Shown piece by piece: positions 1-12,614 of a stretch of 64,000 nucleotides of DNA. Positions within the stretch are counted from its first letter, which is position 1. Each line of letters begins with the position of its first letter. This DNA comes from Trichoplax adhaerens (taxonomy: Eukaryota > Animalia > Placozoa), in assembly GCF_000150275.1 (NCBI RefSeq), contig NW_002060956.1, positions 1,052,280-1,116,279 of the forward strand. Reading direction: 5' to 3'. The notes below the pieces were generated by a model. The model was not told where the DNA came from. It did no database searches and was given only the letters and a program-made list of their open reading frames with translations. The translations under genes were made by a program, and so were the position numbers.

Positions 1-22
1 AAAAAAGTAAAAGAATAGTGAA

Positions 23-787
23 ATGGCTTTAAGAAAACGATTCGAGAATAAAGTAGTAGTTATTACTGGATCGACTGAAGGGATTGGTTTTGCTACGGCT
101 CAAAGGATAGCTGCAGAAGGTGGCAGCGTATCCGTTAGCAGTCGACATCAGGAGAAGGTAGATAAAGCAATTCAACTATTACGAGATCAAGGCTACACCA
201 ATACCCTGGGCAGAGTTTGCGATGTTAGTAAGGAAGACGATATTAAAGATCTTATTCAAGCAACCGTTGATAAATTTGGCGCTATTGATGTACTCGTATG
301 CAACGCTGCAGTTGCTTTTGGCGGACCAGTCATCAAAACATCCAGTTCAGTATGGGATAAGACATTCTCAGTTAATCTTAAATCTGCTTTTACGCTTACC
401 AAGGAGGTTTTGCCTTACTTGAAACAACGCGACGGTAGCAATATTGTATTGATATCGTCTATCTTAGGTCATAGCCCTATGCCAGTGACTGGAGTTTATA
501 GTGTATCTAAAACGGCAATGTTTGGATTAATGTTGGCACTGACCAAAGAATTAGGCAGATATAAAATTAGAGTGAATGCTATTGCACCTGGTGTCATTGC
601 TACCAAAATGAGTCTAGGCCTACGTCAAGGAAGTAACGAAGATTGGGTCATGCGGGAAACGCCTTTAAGGCGATATGGTCAACCTGAAGAAATTGCCTCT
701 GCTGTAGCTTATGTTTCATCTGATGAGGCTGCTTATGTAAATGGCAGTACAATTGTAGTTGGTGGAGGTTTAGGAAGTCGATTATAA
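23..787 (+). CDS. DHRS4: Dehydrogenase/reductase SDR family member 4-like (peroxisomal carbonyl/retinol reductase), single exon, 254 aa
   Basis: Classical SDR motifs TGSTEGIG (TGxxxGxG), VCNAA, YSVSK (YxxxK) and IRVNAIAPG. The SSR(H) motif after beta-2 is DHRS2/4-type. C-terminal PTS1 tripeptide -SRL as in DHRS4. AATAAA at 837-842. Confidence 0.85.
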   Translation: MALRKRFENKVVVITGSTEGIGFATAQRIAAEGGSVSVSSRHQEKVDKAIQLLRDQGYTNTLGRVCDVSKEDDIKDLIQATVDKFGAIDVLVCNAAVAFGGPVIKTSSSVWDKTFSVNLKSAFTLTKEVLPYLKQRDGSNIVLISSILGHSPMPVTGVYSVSKTAMFGLMLALTKELGRYKIRVNAIAPGVIATKMSLGLRQGSNEDWVMRETPLRRYGQPEEIASAVAYVSSDEAAYVNGSTIVVGGGLGSRL

Positions 788-1505
788 CTTTATACGCTAA
801 ACGATCATTATGATACGGTACAAAAATCACTAACTAAATAAACAAGTTTTAAATTACTTAGATATCCTATCCAACTACTGTACTGTAATGCGCAGTATCG
901 AACAGTCCATTTGACATGAAGTAGTACGCAAGCTTTTATTAGATTATCTAACATGTTCTATCGTCCTCTACGAGATATTTGATCTCTATAAAAATTTAGA
1001 ATGGCTTGTTATGGTGCATCTCAAAGCAATAGAACTAGCGATACAGTTTTTACTTCTTCTAGCTTCGTAAAATAGCAAAATCCCTTTTTTATCATATATC
1101 TACTCCAACTGATATTAGCGAGCTTAGTTTCAAATTAATTAAAACGTTACTTTCCAAAGATAGTATCACTGATATGTTCTATATCTTTTTTTATAAACAT
1201 CAAGCTGTTGATATTAAAAACGATAATACAGTGGTCGATTATAATTATGTAATAGCTTATCAATAGCTATAATTTATTACTTTTAATTTATGATTCGCAA
1301 ATCTATAAAATTCGTAACTAAAATAATCTTTTAATCCAATATAGAAGCGCATTCTTATAAAAGTCTTATAATAGAAAAGTCAATATTGTATCGTGTTCCA
1401 AATCAGAGTATGTACATGTCGATTTTTTGAGCCTCTATTATTATTAAATAGCAAAAATTGATACGAGAAGTAGTGAATATACTTATTAATTAGCTGTTAA
1501 TCTGT

Positions 1506-4500
1506 TCAATTCCCAACTGAAATGGGTGATTTCACCGATGCATTATCATCCTCATTTAAGCGTCCATTTGGAGTACTTTTAGGTACTTGTAAGCGATGCT
1601 TTGGCCTGTGCTTTTGCTTATCACTTTCAAGGTAGCGAGGTGGTGCTAACTGTTCTAGTCGTGGCGACTTGGGATAGCGTAGGGTAGTTTGGGTTTTATT
1701 TAGCAATTTCCTAACATCATATTTACATTTAGAAATTATTACATAGATTTATTAAATTATATACAACCTTCAGTTTATGTCATGTAAAACTATGTACTGT
1801 ACCTGATGCGCTTTTTAGCATTATTTAAAAATTCTTCATTCTCTAATTCCATCTTCTGAGCTTTGGATAACTCCGGTGTTTGTTGAGGGTGAATCAACTA
1901 TAAAAAAGGTTATCAATAAAAATAAAGCCCATGTTATATGTATGCCTATGCATACATGTTTCATGATGTATAGGCCACATCATTGGAGTTAATTGGTGTA
2001 TAAGACATACGATTTGCGATTGTTGGTCTATCGTAGTTAACACTAACTTTCTATCCTTACCTTAAGTTTAACGCCTACGTTAAATTTACAGCTTCTTGCT
2101 TGAGCACTGAAGGACAGATAGACTTTATCCTAAATAATTTACCAAAAGCATATTAATTTACCGCTTTCCCCGGATTCATTAAACAATCGATCGACATATA
2201 ACAAGGTAAACTTAATTATAGTTACCTGCCATTTGCAACGAAGTGCAACTTCTTTGGTGATTGCAAAACAAATTGGTTGAAATGGTGGCGCATGAATATG
2301 AGCATTATTTTTATCCAGGTGTGAATCAAGATCCCAATTCCATTTCTTTTTACGCGTACCATTAGAATCCGCAACTTCTCCGCCGGTCGGATAAATCAAT
2401 AATCTGTTAAAACAGACAATATAGTAATATAAATTTACATGGAAAATGCTTGATTACATAGTATAGATTAGACGATGGTCAGGGATTGATAAACTACTGA
2501 CCTAATTCTGTTATTACTATGATAGATACAACTATGGCCGGACGGATTAAATAGGGCTAATATTTTTTGACTCTCAGATAAGGGAGCATCCTAGAGTAAA
2601 TATTCGTATTGGCATAAAATAATGTTATTTAACATGTAATGAAACCATTGAGTTTACAATTTAGTCTATGATACCTTACCTCGAGTACAACATAACTCAA
2701 TCCATTACCATGGGCACTAATACCTATAGCTACATTACCTGATGGATAACTGATTAAATACGCAGTTAAGGTAAAAAATAGTCAATATACATTTAATCCT
2801 TAGTAAAGATGTCAAGCTGCCATTTTACATGAATTATAAAGATACAATACGGATCCCGTGCCATCAGGAAGTAGAATTAAGAACAAACTACCATTCTCAT
2901 AAAATTTTTGAATAGGTAATTGATTTCCTTTTGCCTATTTCAATTTATGTATGACATTGAACATTTCAATACCCACATAAATGTTTCCTTTCAGATTTAA
3001 TATCTACACTTTAACTATGGTTACCAATAGATAATATTGACTGAATTACTAATTATTTATAATTATGGTTAATTGCTACCTTTTGTTGAAGAAAAGCTAA
3101 ATTAGACGGCAATTCTGTCATAAATGACAATTTTTCGTCGTCCTCGTCAGGATCTATTTCGTCTTCAGGTAAAGGAGAAGGTATAACTGTCCATCCTTCT
3201 TCTAAGCAACGATTTGAAGATAGGGTATAATTGATTGTTTTAATTTGTCGAGCAACTGCAATAATATAGGAATAAATATAGATAAATATTAGTTCCAATA
3301 GTACAGTAATTTATGCTTTACTGTGATAAAATAAGGATGTTATGTATTGTAATAAGTAATTAACTTACATGCATAGTAATTCAGGTTACTAATTGTATTA
3401 GCTAACTGGCGTTCTCTTTCACGTTCTCTCATTCTATTTTTGAGTAAATATTAGAGTGTAAATAATTATGTACAGATATATGAATGCAACTGTGCGTAAC
3501 TATGCAATCTTTAATAGACATACTTTTCTTGTGCTCTTTCTTTCGCTTCTCGACGAGCCTGCCGATTCTTAAATGGTGCATGAGGGGAAACATTAATCAG
3601 CGCATCACCTTCTACGTCACTTATATCGCTATCAGCTTGATCAGCATCTGCATCTGGAATTTCATTTCGTTTACTACGAGCACCTTTACTTTCACTAAGT
3701 TCGTGTAAGTATAGAACGAATTGGTGGTAATCTGGGCAGCAAAATAGCTGTAAAAATAAGATGAAAATGAGAATATAACATTGTTGTATTCACAGCTTAT
3801 AAATCTTATAATTTTTTCATATTAAACTTACCTTTTCTGCTGGCGTTGTTTCAATTTCTTCTATAGTTGGAAATTCTTTAATAATAGCTAATCCACAATA
3901 ATCACAAATTCCATCACCTTGTGCATCACCAATAGAACTATGAAAGCTAGCTACTGATTGAGACGTCATCGGAGTTTGGGCGTCGACTCTTAGAGTTACC
4001 GCTTCCGATTCTCGATTATACTTTAATATAGATGGTGGTCCTACTGCAGCAATTGCATCTTGCTCGTTATCTATATAATTGTCGTTGTCATCTTCATCGG
4101 ACGAATCTGAGCTAAATTCCATAGTCAGGACACCGAAAGCATCAGAAATTTCAGATGTAGAATCTATTTTTTGGGATGAAATTGTACTTGATGGGGTATT
4201 GTGCCTACTAAATGCTTCCTCCGGTATTGTGCCACTTTCTGCATAATTTTCATCAACTACTTTAACATTGGCTAGTGCTTCTTCAGCTAGTGACCGATGC
4301 TGCATTGCTTGGCGAGATTCTGTGATTCCATCAAGCACATTAAAATTATGCATTGTATACGATTTAATAAATTATAGAAATCAAATTACATCGTTATAAT
4401 ACAGTATTACTTTCAGTTTACCTGGAGATTGGTTGCTTCCAGAATCTTCGTTATCAGAAAGGGCATTGCCTCCTTTGACTAAATTATGCAATTTCCAATC

Positions 4501-5644
4501 TTCCATCCAGCTCCAGTCAGTTTGAATTTCAATCGTTCTTTTAGTCCTATCCTCATTATATGTTGCATTGACTATTCCGTGTTCTCTTTTAATTTTGAAC
4601 GTTTGAGGTTTAAAACTAACTACAGGCTTGCGAATATCTCCGTGTCGAAAGCGTCGATGCTGTTGTGAAGATAAAGTTTTACGTTTAGTGCCATCTGCAC
4701 TAACAGCATTCCTTGTAGTAACGTTAATCTCTGTTTTAGAAGCATTATCGTCATCAAATGGTTTAAATTCTTCGCTATGTCTAATTGATAGATTAAAAGA
4801 AAAGTATTATATTTTTCAGCAATGATTTTAATTTAAAAATAGAGCATACATTTATCATAATGTCAATACCGTCTTTGAAGTATATGTTTTCCTTCTGGGT
4901 TATTAAGCATTACGACTTTCTTTTCTTTCAATTCTTCATCTTTAGTCGTATTTTTTACGTTGGTATTACTTTCGACTAGGCTGTAATTGCTTTCTTCTTG
5001 TTCTATTTGTAAGCATACACAAAATTAGCGTATCATACAAGTTTAATAGTCGAGATCGCAAGTCACTATGGAATTAGTATCAAATATCTACCTGGCTTTT
5101 TGCTTTCTTTAATCGGCTTAATATTAGGTAAAACAGGCTTTGGCATTTGTTGTTTTGGTGTAGCTGAACGCTCCTTTGCAATTATATCTAAAATTTCCGA
5201 GTCTAGCCCTTTTACCAACTCAATAGTTGGACTTGAAGGCTGAGCCGTTTTAACAACATCGAGTATAGGCAAGACTGTCAGACTTTTAGATTCTGATATC
5301 GATTGTGCTCTCTTTCTTGGATTTGAAACCCAATCATTTATATTAGAGTAGCTTTTTGACCGCATACGACTTGTTGTTGATTGTTGTGGTAACGTGTCTT
5401 TATTTATTAGTTCTTCTGGAATATCTGCGATACTCTCTGATCTTGTTTGTCGACTTGATGTTGTGGAGGAGTCATTCGATTTTAATTCAGCTCGCTTCAA
5501 CGGTTGATTAGAATTATCAGAGCTAAGAGAAAATGTGACACTGTGCGATCTACTTCTCCTAGGACCTCGACGAAGGGCAGAGTTACTAACGTTCTTTCCG
5601 TCATCAAATGGTTGATTTGTAGCGGATCTTGTTTCACGAGACAT
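1506..5644 (-). CDS. ERICH6: Glutamate-rich protein 6-like (ERICH6/ERICH6B family, FAM194 domain), multi-exon; long low-complexity Ser/Thr/acidic N-terminus
   Basis: Spliced exons give ...CDYCG...LFCCPDYHQF...INVSPHAPF...KTINYTLSSNRCLEEGWTV...YENGSLFLILLPDGTGSVFYPSGNVAI...LALFNPSGHSCIYH...KKKWNWD...APPFQPICFAITKEVALRC...CKFNVGVKLK, matching the FAM194 domain pattern. ATG at 5644, TGA at 1506. Some internal exon boundaries are approximate. Confidence 0.8.
2750..2845 (-). other. U12-type (minor spliceosome) GT-AG intron in the ERICH6-like gene
   Basis: On the minus strand the donor is GTATCTTT (2845-2838), the branch point TACCTTAAC (2773-2765) lies ~15 nt before the CAG, and there is no polypyrimidine tract. 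Removal restores the frame GTGSV-F|YPSG. Confidence 0.8.
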
Positions 5645-7029
5645 TATGTAAATTGTATCGATTGACTATATGCATAATGAGTAATAGTAATAATTTTATG
5701 AGGATAGATCATTGAAACATGTTTTATGTCGATGTGTTCATACGCAGATAAATTGTATAATAAATAACTACATTTAATAAATAGTTAAGGTTGGATTCCA
5801 TTTAAGTCAATTACATACGCGTATATTGAACGTAAACCTGTAGTTGGTAACTCAGCTTAACTTTAAGCAATCATATTATAGAGGCAAGAGAAAATAAATT
5901 CATAAGCAATTAATGAAGCACTTTTCTTCTATATTAAGCTAAATTACCTCTCTAGACAAAGTCTGCTATCTACATATATGGATTGTAAACCGATTTATTT
6001 ATAATCTTTGAGAATTGTAAATATTATAAAAACTGAAATACTATCTTACTAAACGAAAATTTTATTTAAGCTAAAATTTTAATCGTATCTGTTGATAGAT
6101 TAAATATCAAACTTTCATTTGTCAACCCAGTTATTTTTATCATCGCTATTGCAATTATCTCATTAAAGGAAAGGGTAATCAGTGTCTCTATCTGTGTTTA
6201 ATCTGATATAAAATTTAAAATACCGTTTGCGTTTTATATTAATTCAATAACCGGATATCGCAATGCTTACCTGGTATGTGACGTATCAGATTGATCGCCT
6301 CAGTTACCACATATTCTTATTTCGAAACTGACTGATTGAATGATGAATATTGGTGCAAGCTATAACAAAAATATATAGACCGAGGTAAGTTAAATGTTTA
6401 TATTGATCCATTATACGGCGAATTAAAATTTGATTGAATACAGTAAATTTTCGACTTAATTGCTTAAATTATCATAGTCTATATGATATATTGTCAATAA
6501 GCAAATTTAATATGCTTCATAAGTAGCCATAACTCTATTCATAAAATGACGAAGAAATGTGATGTTTAACTAATAAAAACCCTGATTATGCTTATAATAT
6601 GATATACACACTTACGCCTCGATGACCGTTAGTATCCATATACAGATGCACGTTTATATAGAATAACTGACTATAGATATAGATAGTTTGCTACTATACC
6701 ACTAAAATATCTAAATTTTTCGGGTGCTACTTACTTGTAAAAACAAGGGCAGTTTAAGTCTTTATAGGCTAATTTACTTGGGTATACGTGTATTTCAATT
6801 TGTATGACAATATGTTATTAACAAGATAGGTCGATACTACCACTAAAAATTTGGCATACTGTTAGAGTAGTTATCGGATATAAGTTTACGCTAACCTAAC
6901 CTAACCTAAATTTGACTCGAATCCTATATTAAGACTTGTACAGAATGGCAACAGAGATCTCATTACCGAAGGCTTTCAACTTTACGTTGCCACGACAACC
7001 ATCTGACACCGTTAAAAGTGTCACCGCAA

Positions 7030-8000
7030 GTGCGCAGTACGATAATACAGTGAACACAAGACTACACAGTGCACAGTGCACAGCACAGTACAATACACTG
7101 TAGACATTCGCCGTGTACTGTGCACTGTACATTGTAACTATGTTCAGAGTTCAGTACGGTCCACACGGTCCGACTCCAGTCCGCCTTCGCGCCGAACTGT
7201 GATGAACTTCGTACTAGAGTTAGAATAGAAAAGTTTTGTACTGTACTGTCATAATGACAGTACTGTACAGTACAAAACAGTGTCATTTAGCATTTAAGCA
7301 TTTGCCATTTGGGTAAGAAAATTTTTAGGGTTTGCAAATCTCTAGTGAGTGTACAGTGTACACTCACGCACAGTTCACTTACTGTATTGTACAGTATGGT
7401 CAACTTGGCCATCTGGATCTGGCAATACAGTACGTAGTTCATACTGTCACATACTTGTACATTCGAAATGCAGTAGAACTACGTACAATACTGTATGGTA
7501 CTGTAAAATACTCCGTCACTGCAGCGTACTGTACACTGTACAGTACAGCTGCTATTTTTGTTTCAATTTATTATTTGCAAAGACTATGCACGCCTACCAT
7601 TTACTAATTTCGATCCTGGTATCGAAATTGTAAAAATACTGTACCGTAAATAAATTTAAATAAGTTTTGTAACGATAAAACTTGTTTATTGCTTATTAAA
7701 AAACAAATAAATAAATAAATATCAATGGCGGGCCAGGTAAAACACCACTACAGTACTGTACTGTACAGTACTATACCGTACAGTGTACAATGTACAGTAC
7801 TGTACATTACCGTAATCATGAATAACGAATATTAATAAATGATCTTTCCGAAAGAACTGAGTATGCGCAGCATGCACTAATAAGTAATAACTACTGTACT
7901 GTACAGTGTACAGTACAGTATTTCGCCTCTTCAAGATACTGTATCTACAGTACTTGAGTTCTGTACAGTACAGTACCACTAACCCTTAGTCACTACAGTA
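7030..8000. repeat. Degenerate (TACAG/CTGTA)n low-complexity array, rich in TACTGTACAGTA palindromes, in the divergent ERICH6-like / SLC25A14-like intergenic region
   Basis: Dense blocks such as cagtactgtactgtacagtac (7751-7771), tactgtactgtacagtgtacagtacagta (7892-7920) and tactgtacagtac (7261-7273). A further block lies at 8960-8992. Confidence 0.85.
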
Positions 8001-9218
8001 CTGGGATTCTGCTTGGATTCCAGCAATAACTGCCAATTGACGATTATTGACACAATTACAACCACGTACAAGCAAAATGAACCCTAGCCAATCATTTGCC
8101 AGCTTGCCGGTGTCTTCACGTGCCTTTTGATGATGCTGAACAAAGTGTTCTATCGGTCATAGATCAAAACATCGGTACGGTACTGATGTATTCATTATTA
8201 CCCGAAATGAGGCGCAGGGGTATAAATATATATTTGTTGACGTACCCCGCTGGATTTCAGTTTCTCATCTGCTTTCCAAGTGACGGATCTCCAATCTTCA
8301 CAAGTGCAGTACGTCGAAAACAATTCTACAGCATTTCAGCCTGCTTAGTCATTACAAAGACAAGATCACATTTACTGTACAGTGGTGTACGCAAAACTAG
8401 CCTTCGCTAACCTACTGCAGTCCAGTGTCATCGTGCCGAAAAACAGCTCTGAACTACTTTCTAGTAGTAACATACTCAATACAAGACTACAAGTGCGTAC
8501 ATACTTTACCTGCACATTATTCCAAATTCGCCATTTCATCCTTCTGATATTGACCGGCTTCCAATTGAAAATTATTGTGTAAGAAAATATACAATACAAT
8601 ATTTCCTTTCTGGTACTGAGTGTTACTTGGAGTAGATAGAATGTACAGTACTGTACATAGATGAACAGATGGATAGTACGTGTATGTCATGGGTCATATT
8701 TAATTACTATCTTGCATTGGATCGGTTTTCATAAGTCGCATTGCTCACCTCATTGAAGCTCTTAGATGATATTTTGATTCCTGTTCTACTTTTTGCCGGG
8801 ACTAGGATATTTATAGTGCCTTGTTGACCACACTTGATTGATCATAGACCTCTTGTATGTACAGATTGAGCTTCGTCTATTGACTTTGCGTACCATAATG
8901 CAGCGCAGCACGAAAGGGGTGAAACATATTTGACCCACGCAGTAGTTAACAGATTCTATATACTGTACTTACGGTACTGTACTGTACTGTACCATCTTAC
9001 TAAAACGATTACGTACGAGTATTGCATAAACTCGATTACTCGATTGAATAATATTAGCAGTAAATACGGTCATGTTAACCGATGGGATGTATTGATAATC
9101 TAGATTAATCTTGATCTTGTAACATTTTATCTTGGACTATTATAGAGATATCATCGTTTTAGTCTTTAAACCAGCCTAGTAGAGCAATTATTTACGACCG
9201 GAAGAAATCGGATTGAAA

Positions 9219-12200
9219 ATGCAATGGCAGCCATTTATACTGGGTGGTGTTGCCTCGCTTGCTGCTGAGTCATGTAGGTTGATAGCGGCAGATTGAAATT
9301 TCAGCATTCTGTGTTAAATGATTTATATCTTCATATACCCTATGCATGGACTACCCTGAGACCTCTACTAATCAATTTATTACGATGCTTTGGCTCAGTA
9401 TAGCGTAGACTTATTGCTATTTCGCTATGCATTAAATAAATGTAAACTATTCCGTATCCTTGTCATCGATGGTTAACGGTTAGTATTTACTGTATGATTT
9501 AGGCACCTTCCCGATTGATACGGCAAAGATTCGATTACAAATTCAAGGTCAAATTGGCGATGCTAGTTTAGCACGTCTACGTTACCGTGGCATGGGACAT
9601 GCTTTAAGATTAATTGCCGCAGATGAAGGTTTTAAGGCGTTGTATTCTGGGTATGTACAGTACTGTACAGTAGAGTGATTTATGAAATGCAAGTTATACG
9701 AATCTTACTCTACTTGTGCCATGTTGCTATAGTACTGCACTAAATGGTAAATATAACAATTATATTATATTAGAGGTGATGCATCGTACTACAGTATATA
9801 CATTGATAATATTAAATTATGTCTGTACTTCAATACAACGATATTATCATCAAATTTATTTACTCTATGTATTAATTTATACCATAGTCTTGCACCTGCC
9901 TTGCTGAGGCAAGCATCTTATGGCACTATTAAATTTGGGACTTATCATACTGTCAAAAGAATTGTCGCAAAAAATCCTGAAGGTAAAAGTTAATGAAATG
10001 ATTCTATAGTAATTTACTTATTTTAGATGATTTAACACCTATTACAGTAGTGTTTATTTAGTTGAGATGCATATTTGGAGACAAAAATTTAACGTGGCAT
10101 TTTCACATGTAATTTTATTATCCTTGTTGATTAATATATTAATTATTATTATAGATGAGACTATACTCACAAATGTATTTGCTGGAATGATTGCCGGAGC
10201 ACTATCTTCAAGCATCGCTAATCCTACTGATGTTCTGAAGGTTGGTAACTATGATAATATGATTGCGCACAATTACACAATCTACCGTAATCCGTAATAT
10301 TTCATAATAGAGTTTTATTCATTACCAAGAAACATTCATTTTTCTATAGCCAATACATATAGTAGTATTATTAAGTGTAAATTAGTTATGTACATTATGT
10401 GATCATTACTTCAAGATTACAAATATGTATATTGATACCTACAAGTCGATCGTTTAGTATTAGCTAGCTGATGCATTAAAATGTGTTTAGTTAAGGCTTA
10501 TTCGTTTTCCTTGAGTTATGATATAGTGATTCACATCATTTCCGTTTGTTAGTGCTTTAATATTCGCAAAATGCTATTGTGTCATTTTGCAGATACAAGT
10601 AGAGCGAATTGCTTCTTAGTATTTCTCCTATCTCTTCAGTCATACCGTATCGTAATTATGGTGTAGTTTGTACTATACTTCATAATAAGGTCCTACAGGC
10701 ATACACTACCAGCTATACTGCACTTGGTTTAGTTGGTTATATCAGAGCCATACTATAGTACTGTAGTCTGTACTGTAGGACGAGTATTAACTGTGCGTAT
10801 TATCTTTTTTCACCGTAGAGAAGGAGAATTTTTCTGCATTGTGTAGCCGATCTAGTGTATTAACGCATAATCTACGCATACGCGTAAATCCGTTTTCTAG
10901 TAAATGCGGTAGATTAACCAAATATTTATTATTCGTTAAGTTTTAATTGACTTGATGAAATACCGCATATTTTTATTTGTCATATACTAGTTCGTTTATT
11001 CGTAAGCTCAAAATTAAATTAAGTTACTTTATGCTATTGCTTCACGGATGATTATGGTATTTTACCTTCCAGACTTTAAGACGTAAATGTTATCGCGTAG
11101 GCGATATATGAAAAGGAATCTTATGTCGTTTTCTGCAGTATGTACGGGCAAAACTGTAGCATTCGTCTGAATGATGGTATAGCGCTCTTCAGACGCTTTT
11201 AAATATATGTGTATATCTATGTATAGCTTGTCTATATTCAGTCCTCTACTATTTCGTTTGATTTCATTTCAGTATGAACCTGCATAGCATACCTTATTTA
11301 CCGTTTAGTATATATATGTTACTGTACATTTAATTGCTTTAGAATAGAAATAAAATTTAATTAAATTATGTTACCATGTGCTTCTTTAGTTTTCCAAGTC
11401 TATTCACGGTATGAAAAAATTTATGATCATAGATAATTGAAAAATCACGATATGCTAAGCCTATGTAATATTTGTAGATGTAGTTCATGATAAGATGTTA
11501 TTGTATTACAAGTTTTGTGTTTCGACTAAATTAAAAATTATGTATTAATTTTAATTTTTATTATGGTTTTATAGGTTAGGATGCAAGCTGGATCACGGAT
11601 GAACCTGACTGGAAAGAATGTGCTTCGGTCTTTTGCTGATATTTATAAAGAAGAAGGTATTAGGGGTCTTTATCGGGTAAGCTATTTCTTACGTAATGTT
11701 TACGATGAGGCTGGTCGGATGTCTAAGTAAATTTTGTACAAATATTATTTTTATTTCTTAGGGTGTGGGACCAACGTCACAAAGAGCAGCTGTGATAGTT
11801 GCCGTTCAAATGCCAACTTATGAACTGAGTAAGCGTGAGCTCATTAAAAGTCAACTTATGAATGATGGCCTATCAACTCATTTATGGTGCGTTGTACTCG
11901 ATGAAAGATATTTATTAATCAATCAACTATTTAACACGATAGTTATAAATTGTACTTATATATTTTACATAATCTTGTATGGTTTACAGCTGTAGTATGA
12001 TATCTGGTCTTTCTATGGCTCTAGTTTCTAATCCTTTGGACGTTATAAAGGTTAGAATTGTTAAAATTTGTAAAATTTACCGTTTCTCACCTACAACTAC
12101 AGCAATATTAGCGATTATATAGCATACGTAGACTTACCTTTTAATTTTGATATGGGCTTACAGCCAGTTAATTCCCCAGAGTGATAGAGATAACTTTAAT

Positions 12201-12614
12201 ATTTATAGACTAGAATGGTGAATCAATCAGCAAGTCGTATTGTTAGTAAAAGATCAGCGTCATTTTATAAGAATTCTTTCCACTGCTTATATCAGGTAAG
12301 AAATAGTACCAGCAATATCTAAAAGTCTCTATGTTGTAAAGTGAACGTAAGGTGCCTAATTAATAATTTTATTCGTAGACAATTCGTGGTGAAGGCATCC
12401 TTGCACTATATAAGGGTTTCGTACCCTCATTTTTGCGTGTTGGACCTTGGAATGTTATTGTATCCTCACATAGATAACAATTAAAATTACTATTGCAACT
12501 CTTTACATTATCTATTAATCATGAGTGCTCTTTCTTATGGTCCTTAACTTTCTAAAACAGTTTTTTGTAACATATGAGCAAATGAAGCGCATTGATTTAT
12601 TGCACCATTACTAA
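9219..12614 (+). CDS. SLC25A14: Mitochondrial carrier of the SLC25A14 (UCP5/BMCP1) / SLC25A30 (KMCP1) subfamily, ~10 exons
   Basis: Splices to [35 protein letters not shown]...[23 protein letters not shown]...[14 protein letters not shown]...[21 protein letters not shown]...[14 protein letters not shown]...[27 protein letters not shown]. Three PxDxxKxR carrier signatures; RQASYGTIK and GPWNxIFF are typical of UCP5/KMCP1. Co-ortholog of SLC25A14 and SLC25A30. Confidence 0.9.
12460..12560 (+). other. U12-type GT-AG intron (last intron of the SLC25A14/30-like gene)
   Basis: Donor GTATCCTC at 12460, perfect branch point TCCTTAAC at 12541-12548, and AAACAG acceptor ending at 12560. Splicing joins GPWNVI|FFVTYEQ in frame. 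Confidence 0.9.

Noticed and set aside
6890-6910. (CTAAC)3-CTAAA, a telomere-like (TTAGG) run
   Set aside because: Only ~4 units, internal, and not the TTAGGG repeat expected for a non-arthropod animal. Too short to support an interstitial telomere call.
7724-7741. ATGGCGGGCCAG|GTAAA as the start exon of an extra plus-strand gene
   Set aside because: No downstream exon giving a sustained in-frame product could be found.
6929-7979. ORFs rich in Y/C/T/V/Q (6929-7132, 7062-7286, 7332-7607, 7349-7633, 7722-7979; also 15503-15706)
   Set aside because: They are translations of the stop-poor TACAG/CTGTA repeat, overlap on both strands and show no protein motifs.
9454-9461. GTATCCTT U12-like donor within intron 1 of the SLC25A14-like gene
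   Set aside because: It lies 48 nt from the acceptor, has no CCTTAAC branch site, and is not needed for the reading frame.
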